NCBI GenBank assembly: GCA_050084515.1
Contig: CM114271.1
Location: forward strand, 36,456,001 to 36,520,000
Source: Blasia pusilla
Lineage: Eukaryota
Reading direction: 5' to 3'
DNA length: 64,000 bases
In this document: piece after piece, positions 35,493 to 49,400 of the stretch
Layout of the letters: each line of letters begins with the position of its first letter
Position numbering within the stretch: position 1 is the first letter of the stretch
Made by a program: the position numbers and the translations under genes
The notes under the pieces: generated by a model
Database searches by the model: none
What the model saw: only the letters and a program-made list of their open reading frames with translations
What the model was told of the DNA's origin: nothing

Positions 35493-36967
35493 AAGCTCTG
35501 TATCTAGAATTTTTTTTAATGTTTTTTTGCAATAATGGGATTCATATGTTCATTTCACATCAATGAGGTCATGAGAGCCTAAGGTACTCATGGTGTAGTA
35601 GTCATGTAATCTAGGATGTAACTACAAGCTCCTTGGACAAATATTTTTGCAATACAATAAAGTGGCTATGTTGTGTTTTAATTTTATATTGAGTGTCGGA
35701 AGTAGATTTGTGAAGTAATATCTCACTCTCTATGAATGATCAGAATGTTTGTGGGTACGTGGAGAGAGTTTGAGTAAGAGGACTTGCTCTCTCTTCACGG
35801 TTTGTAACTAATTCAACAACTCTGGGTCAATTTCTCTCACGCCCTATCATTAAGGTGCAAAACAAGAAGGATTTAGATTGTTGTTCTCTTGTGCCGACCT
35901 CTTCCCTGGTTGGAAAGTATTAGAGACGGGTTGATGTCGAGAGGTACGAATTCCCAAATCCACGAAACTTGTTGTACTAGAAGTTATGTTTGAAGAATTT
36001 TCCCTCCCTTTTTCAGCTTTAAAACCTACAAAAAAAATAAATCATTCTTTCATATAATTTGGCCATTCCACTTGAATTGAATCTCTTGTATCAAAAATCT
36101 CATTTGTGAATCATCTATCATGCATTTTCATTTCTCTGTATGTTCCATATATGCTAAAATATTTCCATTATCCTTCTTGTGTGTGCAACATAGTTAAACT
36201 CCTTTAAAGGCCCGTGTGAAGAGTTTGTCATGCACCATTTTATGTTGTGAATCTATAATCATGTGAGTTAATAGTTTATCTATGTACATAGTTTGTTGTT
36301 GGATAAATTGGCATTGTCTTCTTACTTCCGATCTCGAAGCAAATTCCTAGACCTTCTCACTATTATGAGGAGTTTCCTGGACCAGATCAACAAACCTGAA
36401 TCCTAGCTAGATTCACTCCACATCAACATCTAGCCACAAAACCAAACTTGTGTCTCAAACACCACAAACCCGAATGTCAACTTTGTGAGTCTCTAATAGA
36501 GAATCACGACAATCACGAAGCAGCACTTGAACTTTATTTTAAGAAAATTTGGTTCCAAAACTCCTGCTCATGACACGTAGTCCTTCCTATAATACAAAAG
36601 CTCAATAATTACTTGTGGAGACTTCAAACTAGCATGGATGGGATGATGGAAGCCAAGGGATCCATGAACTCCAAAACGGTACGTGTTGCTCCAACCAAGA
36701 ATGTCTTTGTGACTAGGTGGTGCCCATATATTCTCCATTGATTTGCCATTGAGGGACAGCCCTAAATTGTGTTCCCTTGGTGTACTTTATTGTGTCATCA
36801 ACCCTTTAATAATCTGCACCTCTTGTGTCCTTCCCAAGCTCAAGTATTCTTGGACCTCTTCCCAAGGAAGTGAGCATTCGGCGGAGTGAAGACCATCAAT
36901 GCATGTTGTTCACGTGAAACCTAAGTCATTTCATAAGTCGCTGCAGCAAGTTCAGTCGTGGTTCGCC

Positions 36968-37500
36968 TTAGACTGTAAGGTGAGCCCACCATCGTGGGCA
37001 GCCATTTGCCTTGCATCTCACTTTACTAATTTCGAGCGTGTTGGCCCTGTAGCTACTCTTGAGAAGAGACGGGAGGAGAATTTCCATCAATTGGGGCATG
37101 TGTAGATTGGTCAGATTGATCAATTTAAGGGGATGATCTCTTTGCAGTAGTAGGTTTTTGGGGTTTTTGTGGCCCATATAGGTACTTTCTTTGAACAATT
37201 CCCAACAATTGACAAAAGTAGAGCTTTCTTGCTTTAGACTCTTCAAACAATATATTTCACAAGCCTTCTTGAGTTTGTCCTCATCATTGCATCCACTCTC
37301 TTATAAAGCTTCAACCTGAGAGTACGCACTAAAAAATTTAGCAACATCGACCTTGATAATTGACCATTAGTCTCCAACAACCACCATGGCCTTTCTCCAA
37401 AATGTGGTGGACGGTTGTGGTTGTATTGTTGGGAGATGCTCTCCCAAAATTCAGTATTCTTTTGACTTGTGCCTATGACGGGGTCTTGAGAGATGTGAAA
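36968..37500 (-). pseudogene. Harbinger/Pong accessory Myb/SANT-like DNA-binding protein remnant
   Basis: GTSQKNTEFWESISQQYN, W.IIKVDVAKF.SAYSQV, SGCNDEDKLKKA.EIY and TFVNCWELFK. Convergent with the transposase remnant. Confidence 0.65.
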
Positions 37501-39226
37501 GTATGACTTGCATAGTTAGATCTCTTCATCTGCACTAAAATTCTTACCCTTTTTACAATTTGCTTGTATTGGCCATGGAAGTACAATTGAACTAAATGAC
37601 ATGAGCAAAAGCCGAGATCAAATAAGAAAACGATGTCACAAAGAGAGTAGAAATACCTGCACAATAAGATTCTAAATCACATGTATGTTTGCACCCTCTC
37701 TCAAGCAATCAACCTGTTATCTCAAGCTTTGTGAACTAGATGCCTACAAGGTGGATGAAATACACCTATTTCTCTCTCCAAGGTTCCAATCACCACTTTC
37801 TCTCTTTGTAAGAAAATATGTGATTAGAGATGAGAGAGAATATGTCCATTCTCTATCACCGACACCAAGTGTGAGGATTTCCACATGCCAATGAGAGCAT
37901 GGAGAATCCCTACTACATATTGACTCCTTGTGCGAGAACTTGAACAGTAAAGTGATGGCCTTCTTTACTCATACTCTCTCGCCCATTGAGAGAATGTATA
38001 CCTTCACCCTTCCAAGATTTATTTCTTTGACAGGGCTCGAAGTCAATTCATATATGTATTATAAGCAACAATGGAATCTGATGAAAAGCAGTTGATATCA
38101 TACCTCGCATCATGGAGTAAAGTCTTTCACTCATTTAATTTGGAGAATTGGGTGACACACTTTTGCATTCCACTGTCACAGCCTAGCAGAGGTTCCATAT
38201 TGAATCAAACTTCGACCTCTCCTGCTCGATGTGGTTGTCATGCTGCAATCTTCGAGAATGGGAGAATTCTGAAGTGGGGGCCAGGTGGAGTGCACAACCC
38301 ACTTTGTGTAGTGCAATGTAGACGCCCTAACATCCCAATCCCAACCCCTACTTTTGGAAAACCCTCAAATCTAGGGGCCCTTGGTTCAATGCAGGTGGTT
38401 CCAATAATTGCTCAAGCAAGGTCGAGGCGAGTTGTTGAGGACATTCCTACATATAAATGAGTGTGCATTAATCATCCTACCTTGGCACAAGTCCATGAGT
38501 TGCATATGATTCATTGAAGGGTCTCTCGTGCACCTAGCAAAAAGTCCAGGATAACTTGTAAAAGAAGGCTATTGGACTCCAACATGATGACTTGGAACAT
38601 GCGAGTTGGAAAATTTAGAGAGTTCTTTAGACTTCACAATTCCGTGCTCCCAGAAATAGCCAGAACCAACAGTGAAAGTTGAACTATTAAAACTAGATTA
38701 TGTATATGGAGATGAATGCCCAATTCTTTTGGTTCTTGTAGATTGTGAGTGAGCTATGGACATGAGCTCAAGTTTGTCAAAATCGAACATACTAAGGAAA
38801 GTGTGCGTAGACTTTCCTTCAAATTTTGTTTTAGGCTATGATATCAGAGCCTATCCTTCTTTGGACCCCTGTGGACAATCAATCAAGTCATGCATTCATT
38901 CATTCTCTAAGAATCTCCATATGATGCCACAACAACAGAAATATCGCATTCTAATTTCAAACCCAATTAACTCCTTTCTCGAGATTTCCATGCCAACCAT
39001 CCAGACAAGTACATTAACTTTGAATGCTCTGGTTTTCAACAATAGAACAGAGCTGATTTGAGGTAGGGATATGCTTTCTGCACCACTTTCTAAGAGGCAC
39101 GCACTACTACCTAAAATCAGCTCACTTGCAGAAATCCAAAATGAGTTTTTGAGGTTTAATGACAAAACAGAGGTATACAAAGAAACAGCTTTCATCCAGG
39201 TAAATTAGATTACATGGTTGCAACGT

Positions 39227-42200
39227 TCAAAATGACACATTCTTGAGAACTGCAGCTCCAGCTGAAGCCAGATTTGCTGCCCGGTTGCTTCCAAAGTCCT
39301 TGCGATTAGATTCTCGAGCTATGCGGCTCCCGAACTACAACACCAAAAGCAATGAAGCAGATGAAAAGGCAGGCAACTTCTGCCAAAAGTTCTCAGATTA
39401 ATAGATTAGTGTCGATGTCCAGAAAGAAACCCCAGGAATCAAGGGATCCATAGTCAGCAAGGGATGAAAACCTACAATTAGGTAACATGATAACCTTGGT
39501 AGCAGCTGCCATAGCCTGGGTAAAAATTAAGACAGGAATTTCATGAGGTGGTTAAGGTTCATATCCACCTGAATTGCACGTTTGGGAAGCGATGATGCTC
39601 CCTTCAATCCAAGAAGAAGTGCCACCTACAAAATATTCAAATTTTTAAATCCCATACAGACAAGCTTGTGAAGTATTAATTTTCTCAAGCACCACTAGTG
39701 AGTACTATCATCTGTAATTTGCCAAACATCATCTGCAAATGCTGAGAAAGGTCCATCTTGCATGATTGGAATCAGACCTAACATAGGAGATTACAGCTCA
39801 TGTGAGTGGCTTTTTCAAAGTCAAACAGATCACCCCAATTGAACGTAAGAACTTCGAACTTGACTCAAAGCACAAACCAGGGATAGCACCAAAAGGAAAA
39901 TACTTGATTTGCAACCTGTCTAAGTATCTGCTTGTCTCCAAAGCCGGCAGGTTGCTGCAGATTCACAACATCCCAGAGTGGAAGGCTAAGAAGTGTTTCC
40001 ACCACAGCCTCATCTAAAAACGGAAACCTTGCCTGTACAATTTACAAAAATAAGAAAACATTACTGTAAAACTGCCAACAACCCTGCTTCCCAGCAAGTT
40101 TGTGAGAAAAGTATTACACCCAATTCATACAGATCACGAATCTCACAGGTAAGACTGACTCAATGCCTTGTGGATGACAAGTGCTTATCATTTTGGACCC
40201 AGTAAAGATGTGGGCATTCAATAGTAAGGTTCACCACAGATAACTGGCTGCAGATTTACCGACATACCTCTTTACCATGATCAGAAAGACAACGATCATC
40301 TCTGCCTAGATTTCTTTTCCAAATTCTCTGGAAGTCTAGCTTCATTTCTGCTTCCAAAGACTCCCACCTTTATGGAACCAATACATGAACAATACCTATT
40401 AGATCTACGTGAGTCACTATCAATATAGCTGCAAACACCACTGATCTTCAAGGATGTGCAGAAAGCTATCTTGTAAATCAAGTCAGTTTGTGTTCATACT
40501 GCTAAAATAAAGAAAAATTTCTTCAAGTAGATAGTGAAAGCCTACTAAGGACTTGAGCCATAATGCTACATGTGCTAACACATTGACATCGTGCCCTCAT
40601 TGGTGTGACTCCTAATTCCACTTAAATACCCACACTTAGAAACAATTTAATGGCCCCGCAATTTAGTTCTTTCTTGCTTAGTAAATCCAGTAGTCATAGT
40701 GAAGAAACAAAAATATTAAAGGTGAGCAGAAAAGTTAACAGGACCAGAACCTACCCTCCTAGTTTGAACTTCGTGCGGTGACGACCATAGCCTCCACATT
40801 GTTCATCGGCTCCACTACCAACCAATAGAACACGTGCCTCTGACTTTACTCTGCCATGTCCCTCAGTAGCAACACTTGCCCATGTTTTGGTTTCAAGGGA
40901 CTCTGCTTCTTGTTGGCTGAAAGTTTGAGAAGCAATATTACCTTCATCTGCTTCATCGTGACAAGTGGTTGTAAGTGGTGATAAGGTCTCATGTAGATGA
41001 CCGCTACCACTAGCAGCCAGCCAAAGAGCTGTCCCTATGTTTAAATCCTACGACAAATCAATGTGAAGCCAATTTAGGAACTTGTCATCCTGGCCAAAAA
41101 TCTCTTTTCTTCTCATGCAACCAGAAAGTTTCACCATCAACAACACTCAGCTAGCTCTCAAAACCAACCATAACAGCTAGGGCACTAATTTCTGCAGTCA
41201 TTTGAGGCATACCGTGACCCAAGTAGGTGCCTTGAACTTCACGCGTCCTCTGGATATTAAAATCAAAACTTCATACTTAAGAAAAACAGTCGAAGGTATT
41301 CAATTGTATCTACCAACAAAAAAAAACTTTCAAGTTCACTAGTTTGGGAGCGATGGTGCAATCAGGACCACAAAAATGCATTAGATTACATACCATATAG
41401 GTCTTGGATGGACAAATGAGTGAAAGCAGACGATCACGATATGATGTAAGATTTGACAACTCTGCATCAATTTTGATCAATCTCCACCTGAATTGCTCCG
41501 ACCAGTAACAAGTGTTAAGGGAGCTCAGGAATGATGCGTGATTGCACAAAAGCTTCTTCCTATCCAGGGCTGAATGAAATTACTAGATTTCAAATTGTAC
41601 TTCAACCTGGATAGGGGTTGTACCTGCGCAGTGGGAATACCTCTTGAAGCTCAATTACTCCTGAGATTGCAGTGATCCTATCTGGAGCACGTTCTCCTTC
41701 AAAGCTTACATTCAGAAGGTCAATGCTGCCTGGATCCAAATGGCATTCGAGACAATCTTCAGTTATTTCAAGCATTTTACCAATTTCATAATTTGTCAGA
41801 TCCGACAGAGCAGTTGAGAGGCTCATCTAGATTTCAGCTGACAGCATACAAAAACCTGTTATTATTTCATTCCTTCCAAAATCACTATGATCTATCATTT
41901 CTCGTGTAAAGAGACACAACATCAGCCATCAGGAACATCTCCTAAAACTGACTGCACAAGAACCCCAATGCACATTCAATTATCTTCAGTCCCTTCAACA
42001 TTGAGACTACTTACAGTGAGGCTCAACAAACTCATCTGAAATTGCGGCCAAAATCATTGAATCCAACCCTCCTGAAAAGAGCACAGCTACTGGTGCGGGT
42101 GAATCCAAGCTACTTGATTTAGTGCAACTGTTGCGGGAGTTCACTGATTCTGATGAGCCCTGCTTTCAAACCCAGGAAATACTGCAATAAGGTTAAAAAT

Positions 42201-45200
42201 TACCTCCACATGAGAAACTTCAAAGTATTAACAAAAGTAGGGAGCCTTGGTAATTCTAGACTCTGGTAGATGGCTAATGATAACCACCAGAGCCCCTAGA
42301 TTCAAATAGGGCCTTTCCTCGTCCTTTCTAAAACAGTAATTCAACATGCAAACTTGAGATTGTATGCAAAAGTCATTGTGTGAGGGTAGAAAGTTCATCA
42401 TTCAGAGTTAGATGCACGTCCGCTGGACAAGAGAGGACTTTGACATTCAAACACGGAGGTTGTCTCACCCAAGATATATTATCTTCAACAAACCTCTCCA
42501 CCTCTAAATAGTCGTGTGAAAAATTTCAGTTGGTTTGGACTATTTCTGGAAGCATCACATTGTATTTTGCCAGTGTATGTCGTGACATGAGAGTGAAAGG
42601 GAGACCTTTACAATCCTTTTCTAGAGTCATGTGGCATCTTTCCTCACCAGCTTTCTTTTTAGTAAGTAGGATGACTGTGGCAACCAACAAGGTTCATTAT
42701 GTGATGGCGTGAAGAATATGACTTACCCACTCTCTGCTAATATTTACTGTCCTCCTCTGGACTGCTTGGCGCAATGCAGCAAGCACACGCTCTGCAGAAG
42801 ATGGCTCTTTGACTCCTTCCTGATCATAACTTTCTTGCTTACTCGAGAACTGAAGAAAATCACTTCCAGCCATATTTTGGCACTTATCTTTGTTAACGGA
42901 ACTTTGCCTGCCTATGATTTCATCTTTGTGTTCCAATTCTTGCATATTCTTTGTGCCAAAGGATTCATCACTCTTGCCCTGGTCAGCATGAGTGCAATCA
43001 CCTGAGCTTCCTTTCCGAGGATTTATTTTACACCTTTCCCAAGCAAGCAACCTTTCCAGCAGTGGATCCCGCCAGCTATGTCTTTGAGCCCGTCCTCTAA
43101 GGTGCCGCTGTCCTAGGATTCCAGCTGCCTCTCCTTTCTCAGATGGGTCACTAGCATCAAAAGTCGATTGTACAGACATCTTTTCTACTGACTCACCTTC
43201 ACTGATGCCATCAAATGTGATGCTGTAAATTCCACAATCCAACTCCTCCCAATACCTGAATGTGCCTGGAGTCTCAACCCCCATATGATGAGCTTGCTCA
43301 CTGGACTCTAACTCCACACTTTGAATGTGATTTAACTCATTTAATGCTGCCAGCCTGGATGAGGGAGCAGATTTTTTTTCACAGGATTTCACGACAGGAG
43401 CAACTGATGTAAGGAGAAAACGGGGATCTTCTGGTGAAGGCTTGTGAACCAGGAGACTCCGTCGCCCTATTGCATCTCGTCCAAACCATAATGTTCGAGA
43501 TGCTGCCTGAGTCACATATTCAAACACAAGTTCATTACACCCTCCCAATAAAGTTCTCCATCGTGATCCAGGCTTACAAAATCACCTACACGTACAGAGT
43601 ATTACAATGGCCTTCTTTCCATTTTCCTAAGGTCATTAAACCCTAAGCAGATACTCAAGTATGTGCAAGCATAGCTTTCTCTATGAGACTACTCACAAAC
43701 AAAATCTGCTGCTTATCTCGCCATGGGCATAAAGAAGTTTTCTAGAGGCACCCCGAGATCTGAAAACAATCCAGAAGAGTTGAGTGACGGGGAGCTTCCA
43801 AGAAGTAAAAGGCTAGAACTGCTTGAAACAAGCTTGTTGCCCATTACAAACCTGCCAGTAAATAATAGCCCATGGCCCTCTCAATCTTGATAGAACCTCT
43901 GGAACACTTTGTTGAGGTTCTTTCAAGGCATCCATAAGAACCTCCGTGTCATTCTCGTGCGCCTTCACAGTCAAACCTCCAAAAACTTCACCTGTTTTCC
44001 AATTGCTAGGTAATCTCAGCAAACAAGATCATTACTGGCAAATTCTACGTTCTTAGAAGAGCTGTTCTCACTTTTGGAACATCTTTCGTGACTCAGCATG
44101 TATTACAAACCTCTGCGCTAAACTTGTCCAGAGTGCTATGCAGTCATTTCACAAATGGCAACCACCTATCACTTTTGTGCTTAGCTTCTTAAAGAGTCAT
44201 TCGGAGGAAGCTGAAGACTAGTTCCAGCATTTGCCTCAAATTTCCGTTGGTGGAACTTGTGACGAAATGAACATAGTAGTTAAGGGTAGTGCAGTTACCC
44301 ACCATTGAAGACGAGCAAATTACCACTCGTATCTTTCAGTGGCTGTTCTACTGGATGATCGCCTCGTAACTGCAAAGTAGCACCAACAAAATCAAGCCTT
44401 CCGCGGCAGACACCGTCAGACAGTTGATATTGCTCACTGCCAATTCCAATGCTTGTCTCCCGCAAATCGCACTTTTCTCTTCCGTCCTCAGCTTCGCAGC
44501 TTGAGACAGTGGAAGCACCGCTCTGTTCACAAACCTGAGAAGCTTCATTAGCAGCAGGGACAGAATGTGCAGCTTCCCACGTGTCAATATGTTGGCTCAC
44601 TGGCCCAACATGGAGTATCTGCCCACCTACATGATCAGGACCCCGGCGCTCTAGAGGCTTGCAGAGATCCTCTACGGTCGGACGAGCTGTTTTCGAAACC
44701 TGCCACAGGTTTCAAGGTAAGCCCCTTCAATTTAGCTGACAATTTTCTCAATTGTACAGCAATCGTACTCAGGGTATTAGGGACAGATATAATTATTTTC
44801 CACACCATAAAAAAAAAAGCTGCAAAATTTCCCGAGTGCTAGTCGATTTCGAGTAGCTTTACGAACACCAATCGCAAACTGTGCTCAGATTTACCCCACT
44901 GGCAAGACTTCCCTAGCAGACGGAACTGGTGCCTGCAATCTGCCAGACAATTCAGATTTTTCTTGTTGTTTCAAAGATCTTGTTTCTGCTACAGATTGCA
45001 CGCACCAACTAGACGTGATGGCGCAAGTTATCAAAGGCACTCTGTATAACGATTGGAAATGAAACAATCCACGTCCACTTAAGCGTGAGGACTTCCAAAT
45101 TCTTCACAACTGCCTAACCGATATGAAACGAATACAAGTTCAGAATAGCTAGATTTTCAGAAGGCTCGCATGGCTATCCAACTAACCTCAAGAGCTCTTT

Positions 45201-45288
45201 CGCAAGAACAACCAGAAAATTCGAGTTCTTCGGACGCCAAATGTCCTCCGATGACGACACCAGATATTATCAAGGCAATGCCGCACAT
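39227..45288 (-). CDS. ASNSD1: Asparagine synthetase domain-containing protein 1 (multi-exon; outer coordinates given)
   Basis: Start [10 protein letters not shown] (N-terminal Cys of an Ntn amidotransferase), [94 protein letters not shown] and KRAIQFGSRIA. Canonical GT-AG introns at the junctions checked. Confidence 0.92.
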
Positions 45289-46200
45289 TCTTCCCAGTGA
45301 CGCTACACCAATTGGTTTCAATCAGCGACTGGCAATCCTTTCTAATCGTTCCCGAAGCCCCGACTGCATGCTATGAAGACGTTCCTCCGATTCCCATTCG
45401 TAATCGTTCGAAGCCATTTGTGGCCAATACACGATCGATTCAGTGGCCAATTGGAAGTCAATCCTCCGAATAGTTGGCGAACTCATACGACGCTAGATTC
45501 AGTCTTCAGAGGCTCGAATTATCATGCCATAGTTAAAATAATATTTTCCCTCATAGTTAGAAGTGCGGAGTATGAACTTTGGAGCGGGGATCGTAGTCAC
45601 TCGGGTTCTAAGAACCGTCCATGTTGATGAAACCAGGACGAGAAATAGTAGTTCAGACTAACTCCGATTTCCTGCAGATACCTCGTCGTGATCTCCAGAG
45701 TTTTACCAATTTCCAAAGAGAAAAAGAAGACAGCGGAAGAATAATTGTGCGTCTCTTCACAATCCTTCACTGCGGTCTATGGATCTTTGTATCCTAGAAA
45801 ATCCAACCCAGGCAAGTAATCGATTAGTAACCCTCGGATTTCTCACGCACGCTCGTCCACCGCTGTTGCCATCTGAGTACGAGGATGAGGGAAATTAGAC
45901 AAAGTACACAAACAATCGCTGCACGGCTTTCCGCAATTCCATTGACGAATTGGACTTCCCTCCAAATTTAGTTCATTGCTTGAGATTGGATCCCAGCACA
46001 ATTCAGCACACGCAGACCCGCTCAAGCGCTCCGGTTAGGCTTGACCGGGAACGACACTGTAACAATAAAATATCTTATTACTAGAACATAACACCATGAC
46101 ATGTGCTCCGGTCAGGCGCATGAGTCACTGGAGACAGCTTGAGTAAGAACTTCTTAAACCGGGAACTGCTTGAATCGTTTCGCGCGTGAACCCCAGGTTT

Positions 46201-46263
46201 TAGGGTTTAGAGACATCGGCCTCTTCCACGCTCGATACTGCACGCCATCCACATTTAGGGTTT
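46201..46263. promoter_or_regulatory. Two telo-box motifs (AAACCCTA) in the shared divergent promoter region
   Basis: TAGGGTTT occurs at 46201-46208 and 46256-46263, upstream of the METTL6-like ATG. Telo-boxes are typical of plant translation/RNA-processing gene promoters. Confidence 0.5.
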
Positions 46264-46414
46264 AAGGTTCTACAAGAAGCCTTCGTTCTAGCGCAACGAT
46301 AGTAGATTTGCGTAGTGGCACGATTAGATTCCAGGTCGGTGTGCACAGATTTCTGGCTTGGGGTTCTTTGTTATTGTGCTGCTCCTCCAGTTGTCTAGGA
46401 GAGAGTATTCGGAA

Positions 46415-49400
46415 ATGGAGGCGGGCGGCGGAAGTCTGATGTGCGCGTCCAGAACCGACGGTGCTGCCAGTGCTTTTTACAGCAATGATTTCGACTGGGA
46501 GACTTTGCGGGCTGAGACTGAGAATTCAAGGCCTCCCGAATGTGAGACTGTAGGCGTCTTTCCATGACTCCCTTGCGTACTAGAGACTAGGGGTGGAAGT
46601 TTCTTGCCGTCCACATCGATTGGTCTTGGTTTCTCGTGATCCGAATATTTTAGGGCATGTAACAGATAAGCTCCCAGCGGTCATTGGCTCGCACCCTTGG
46701 TCTGTGTAAGATAGTGGTTGGATTGCTACCTAACTCGCACAATCTAAGTGTTAGTGAGATGGAGCAGACTCGTCAATCAGCCATGTGGCATCAGTGTCAC
46801 AAATCTACCTCAGGAAGTACCGTAGGCTTGTTTCTACGGTGTGGAGTCAGAACCTTGAGATGGCTTGGACGCCGAGACATCGTATTAGTTTTTCGCCATC
46901 TAGACTATACCTTAGCAATCACGTGTCAGTCCCAGAATCTGTAATCATGTCCTCATTTCCTGGTGGAACTCTGGTGAAGACCCAGACCTTAATGTCGCTT
47001 GCCTTCAAGATCACCAGGGTCCTTCAAAGCTGTGATGTAACCAATTTCCCGAAGATGAGGCTATTGCCGGTGAAATCTAATCTTCGTGAGAATCTGAGCT
47101 GAAAGAGCATCCTGTTTTTGAGTTTCCCAGCTTGCCCTCCTTACCCTTGTCAAGCTCTTTAGAGGCTTCTAGCAATTTACATGTTGTGAGCCTTTGCGAA
47201 CTCATAGAGTGCCTACCCTATGATCACTACCCTGAAGCCTAGGGCCGAATGAACCTCTTCCAGCTGCAAGGTACATCAAATCATTGAGCTAGAAATAGCT
47301 GGATAAGAGTTATCTCAAGACATGTAAGGCCTTGGTTAAGGCCTAAGACGGAGGCGGTGATGAGAACCAAGTCAAAGGAGGCAAGATCCTATGAAGGTTT
47401 ATTTGTTTTAATTTCTGAGCCTCCTGGTTCTACCAACTAGGAACCGTCTTTCCTGCCATGAATATCGTACGGGTTCCTCTGAAGGGCCGTTAGTGCCGTC
47501 TCGGACACTATCACGATTCGGCAGAATTTCCACTCGTGGTAAGAAGCTGTCATATCTGGGATCTACAGTTGAAAGCATTTTTGCAAGAGTAAAGGAATGC
47601 CGATCCTATTATTGAGGAATGTTGTTTCTGTATCTCCATGCGCACTGAGTACACACTTTACACATGGTTTTTCCATCTTTGCATCCACTGTATCGGAATG
47701 CATATCTTCGGAGTGAAGATAGTACGATGTGTAATGGCTGTGAATATTTCCTGCCCGTGTCTCTGTGTCTCATTGCTCCCTGGCGTAAAGCGTAAAACCC
47801 TTCCTTGGTGGTAAGGGTCTCGTTAACCTTCTACTCCAAGCAGACTTGCGCGGACGGGAGTCGGAACGCCGGGGTTGTCACTCGTACTCACTTCCCGGGC
47901 CTACTATGATCCTCGCCTATGGCTCGCTCCCTGTCACGTGCAAGTATTTCACCCCAAATATGAGACTAAAACGTTGCATGTGCAAGCGAAATTCTCTTAC
48001 TAACTTGGTAGAGAACGTCATAAGGTTGCGACGAATGGCAATGAGACCAATGAAGAAGACTTCCACCGACAGGAGAGACTGGCCTACTTGCCGTCGCATC
48101 TCAACCTTGCTGCTTTACTTGTAGTCTTGACCTCCCTTCCCTCTCGAGCAGTTTGCTGTTGTGGCTTTTATATAAATTCTACTGTCGCTCTTCACTATTC
48201 CAGAATGTCTACCACCCTGTTCGAAACTGAACGGGCGTAGTATGGGCTTTTGGAAACGTCCAGATCTGAGCACTTCCGATAAACATACTGTTTCGAGTTC
48301 ATCAATTTTGCTTCGATTCACGAGATCGGTGTAGGCTTTGTAATCACGAAATGTCATGATCTGCAGGACGGTCCGAAAGTCGACATAGGAGCGAGGGACT
48401 CCAATGAGGAAGCCGGAACACCCACGTATTCGACGCATGCATGGGAAATATTCCACAGGAAGCACTGTAAACATCTGTTTTTTAAAGTATGACGAAGGTT
48501 TGAGAAACGCTTTCATTGACCTCCACAGAAGGGAACCTGTCCCATTTTTGGAATACTAGAAGCAGGGAAATGTCCTTCATAGGAAACCGGTGTAGCGTAC
48601 TCTGAGGTTGGGAAGTTAAACTGAACGGATCCCATGGTGGATACCCACTCAGGAGCGACGCTACCTGGTCAAGGAGTTTCCTGAGCTGGGTCTTGGAGGA
48701 GAGGGTACAAGAATCTTGGAGGTCGGTTGTGGCTCTGGCAGCTCTCTGGTGCCAGTGTTACGGTATGTGAAAGATCATCACTTCTGCTCCTCTGTGGATA
48801 CTAAGAGACCTCCCTGTCCACCAAGAGCGAGGTTTCCATCTTGACAGATCATGAGCACTCACGATAGAGCCTGTGGACAGATGTACAGTGTACTGAAACT
48901 GCAGGTTTGACAAATGACAGTGTGAAGTTGTATTCTTTCCAAGGAAACAGTTCTGAGTGTTGCACCTCTTAAAAGATCTCGGAATTGATTTTGAGCAAGA
49001 CTGTCTCATAAAAGGCCCTGATCTGATTGTTTTATGTGGGCCAGGGCAAACACAAATGCAACCGTGTATGGTTGTGATTGCAGTACTTCTGCACTGGAAA
49101 GAGCAAAACAGTTGGTGGAAACTCAAGCTGGCCTTGATGAAAACCAGATTCAATCCTTCAAGTCCTTTCAATGTGACATATCGAAAGAAGCCTTTCCTGC
49201 ATGGCTCTCCTGTCCAGGAATTGATATCGTCATGCTGGTGAGCTTCTAAACACCTTACCAACCACTACTTGACACAAAAACTTAAGCAACAATTCAAGCC
49301 TTAGGTATAGTCATCGGCAGAGTTTTTTGCACTCCATTGGCTAGAGTCGCCTCAAATGAAATTCTCTTAGCTCCTTGAATTATCAGGTTTGTAGACTTTT

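Noticed and set aside
36297-36900. Possible solo LTR inside the Harbinger remnant
   Set aside because: LTR-like composition, but no matching TG...CA ends with a TSD could be fixed.
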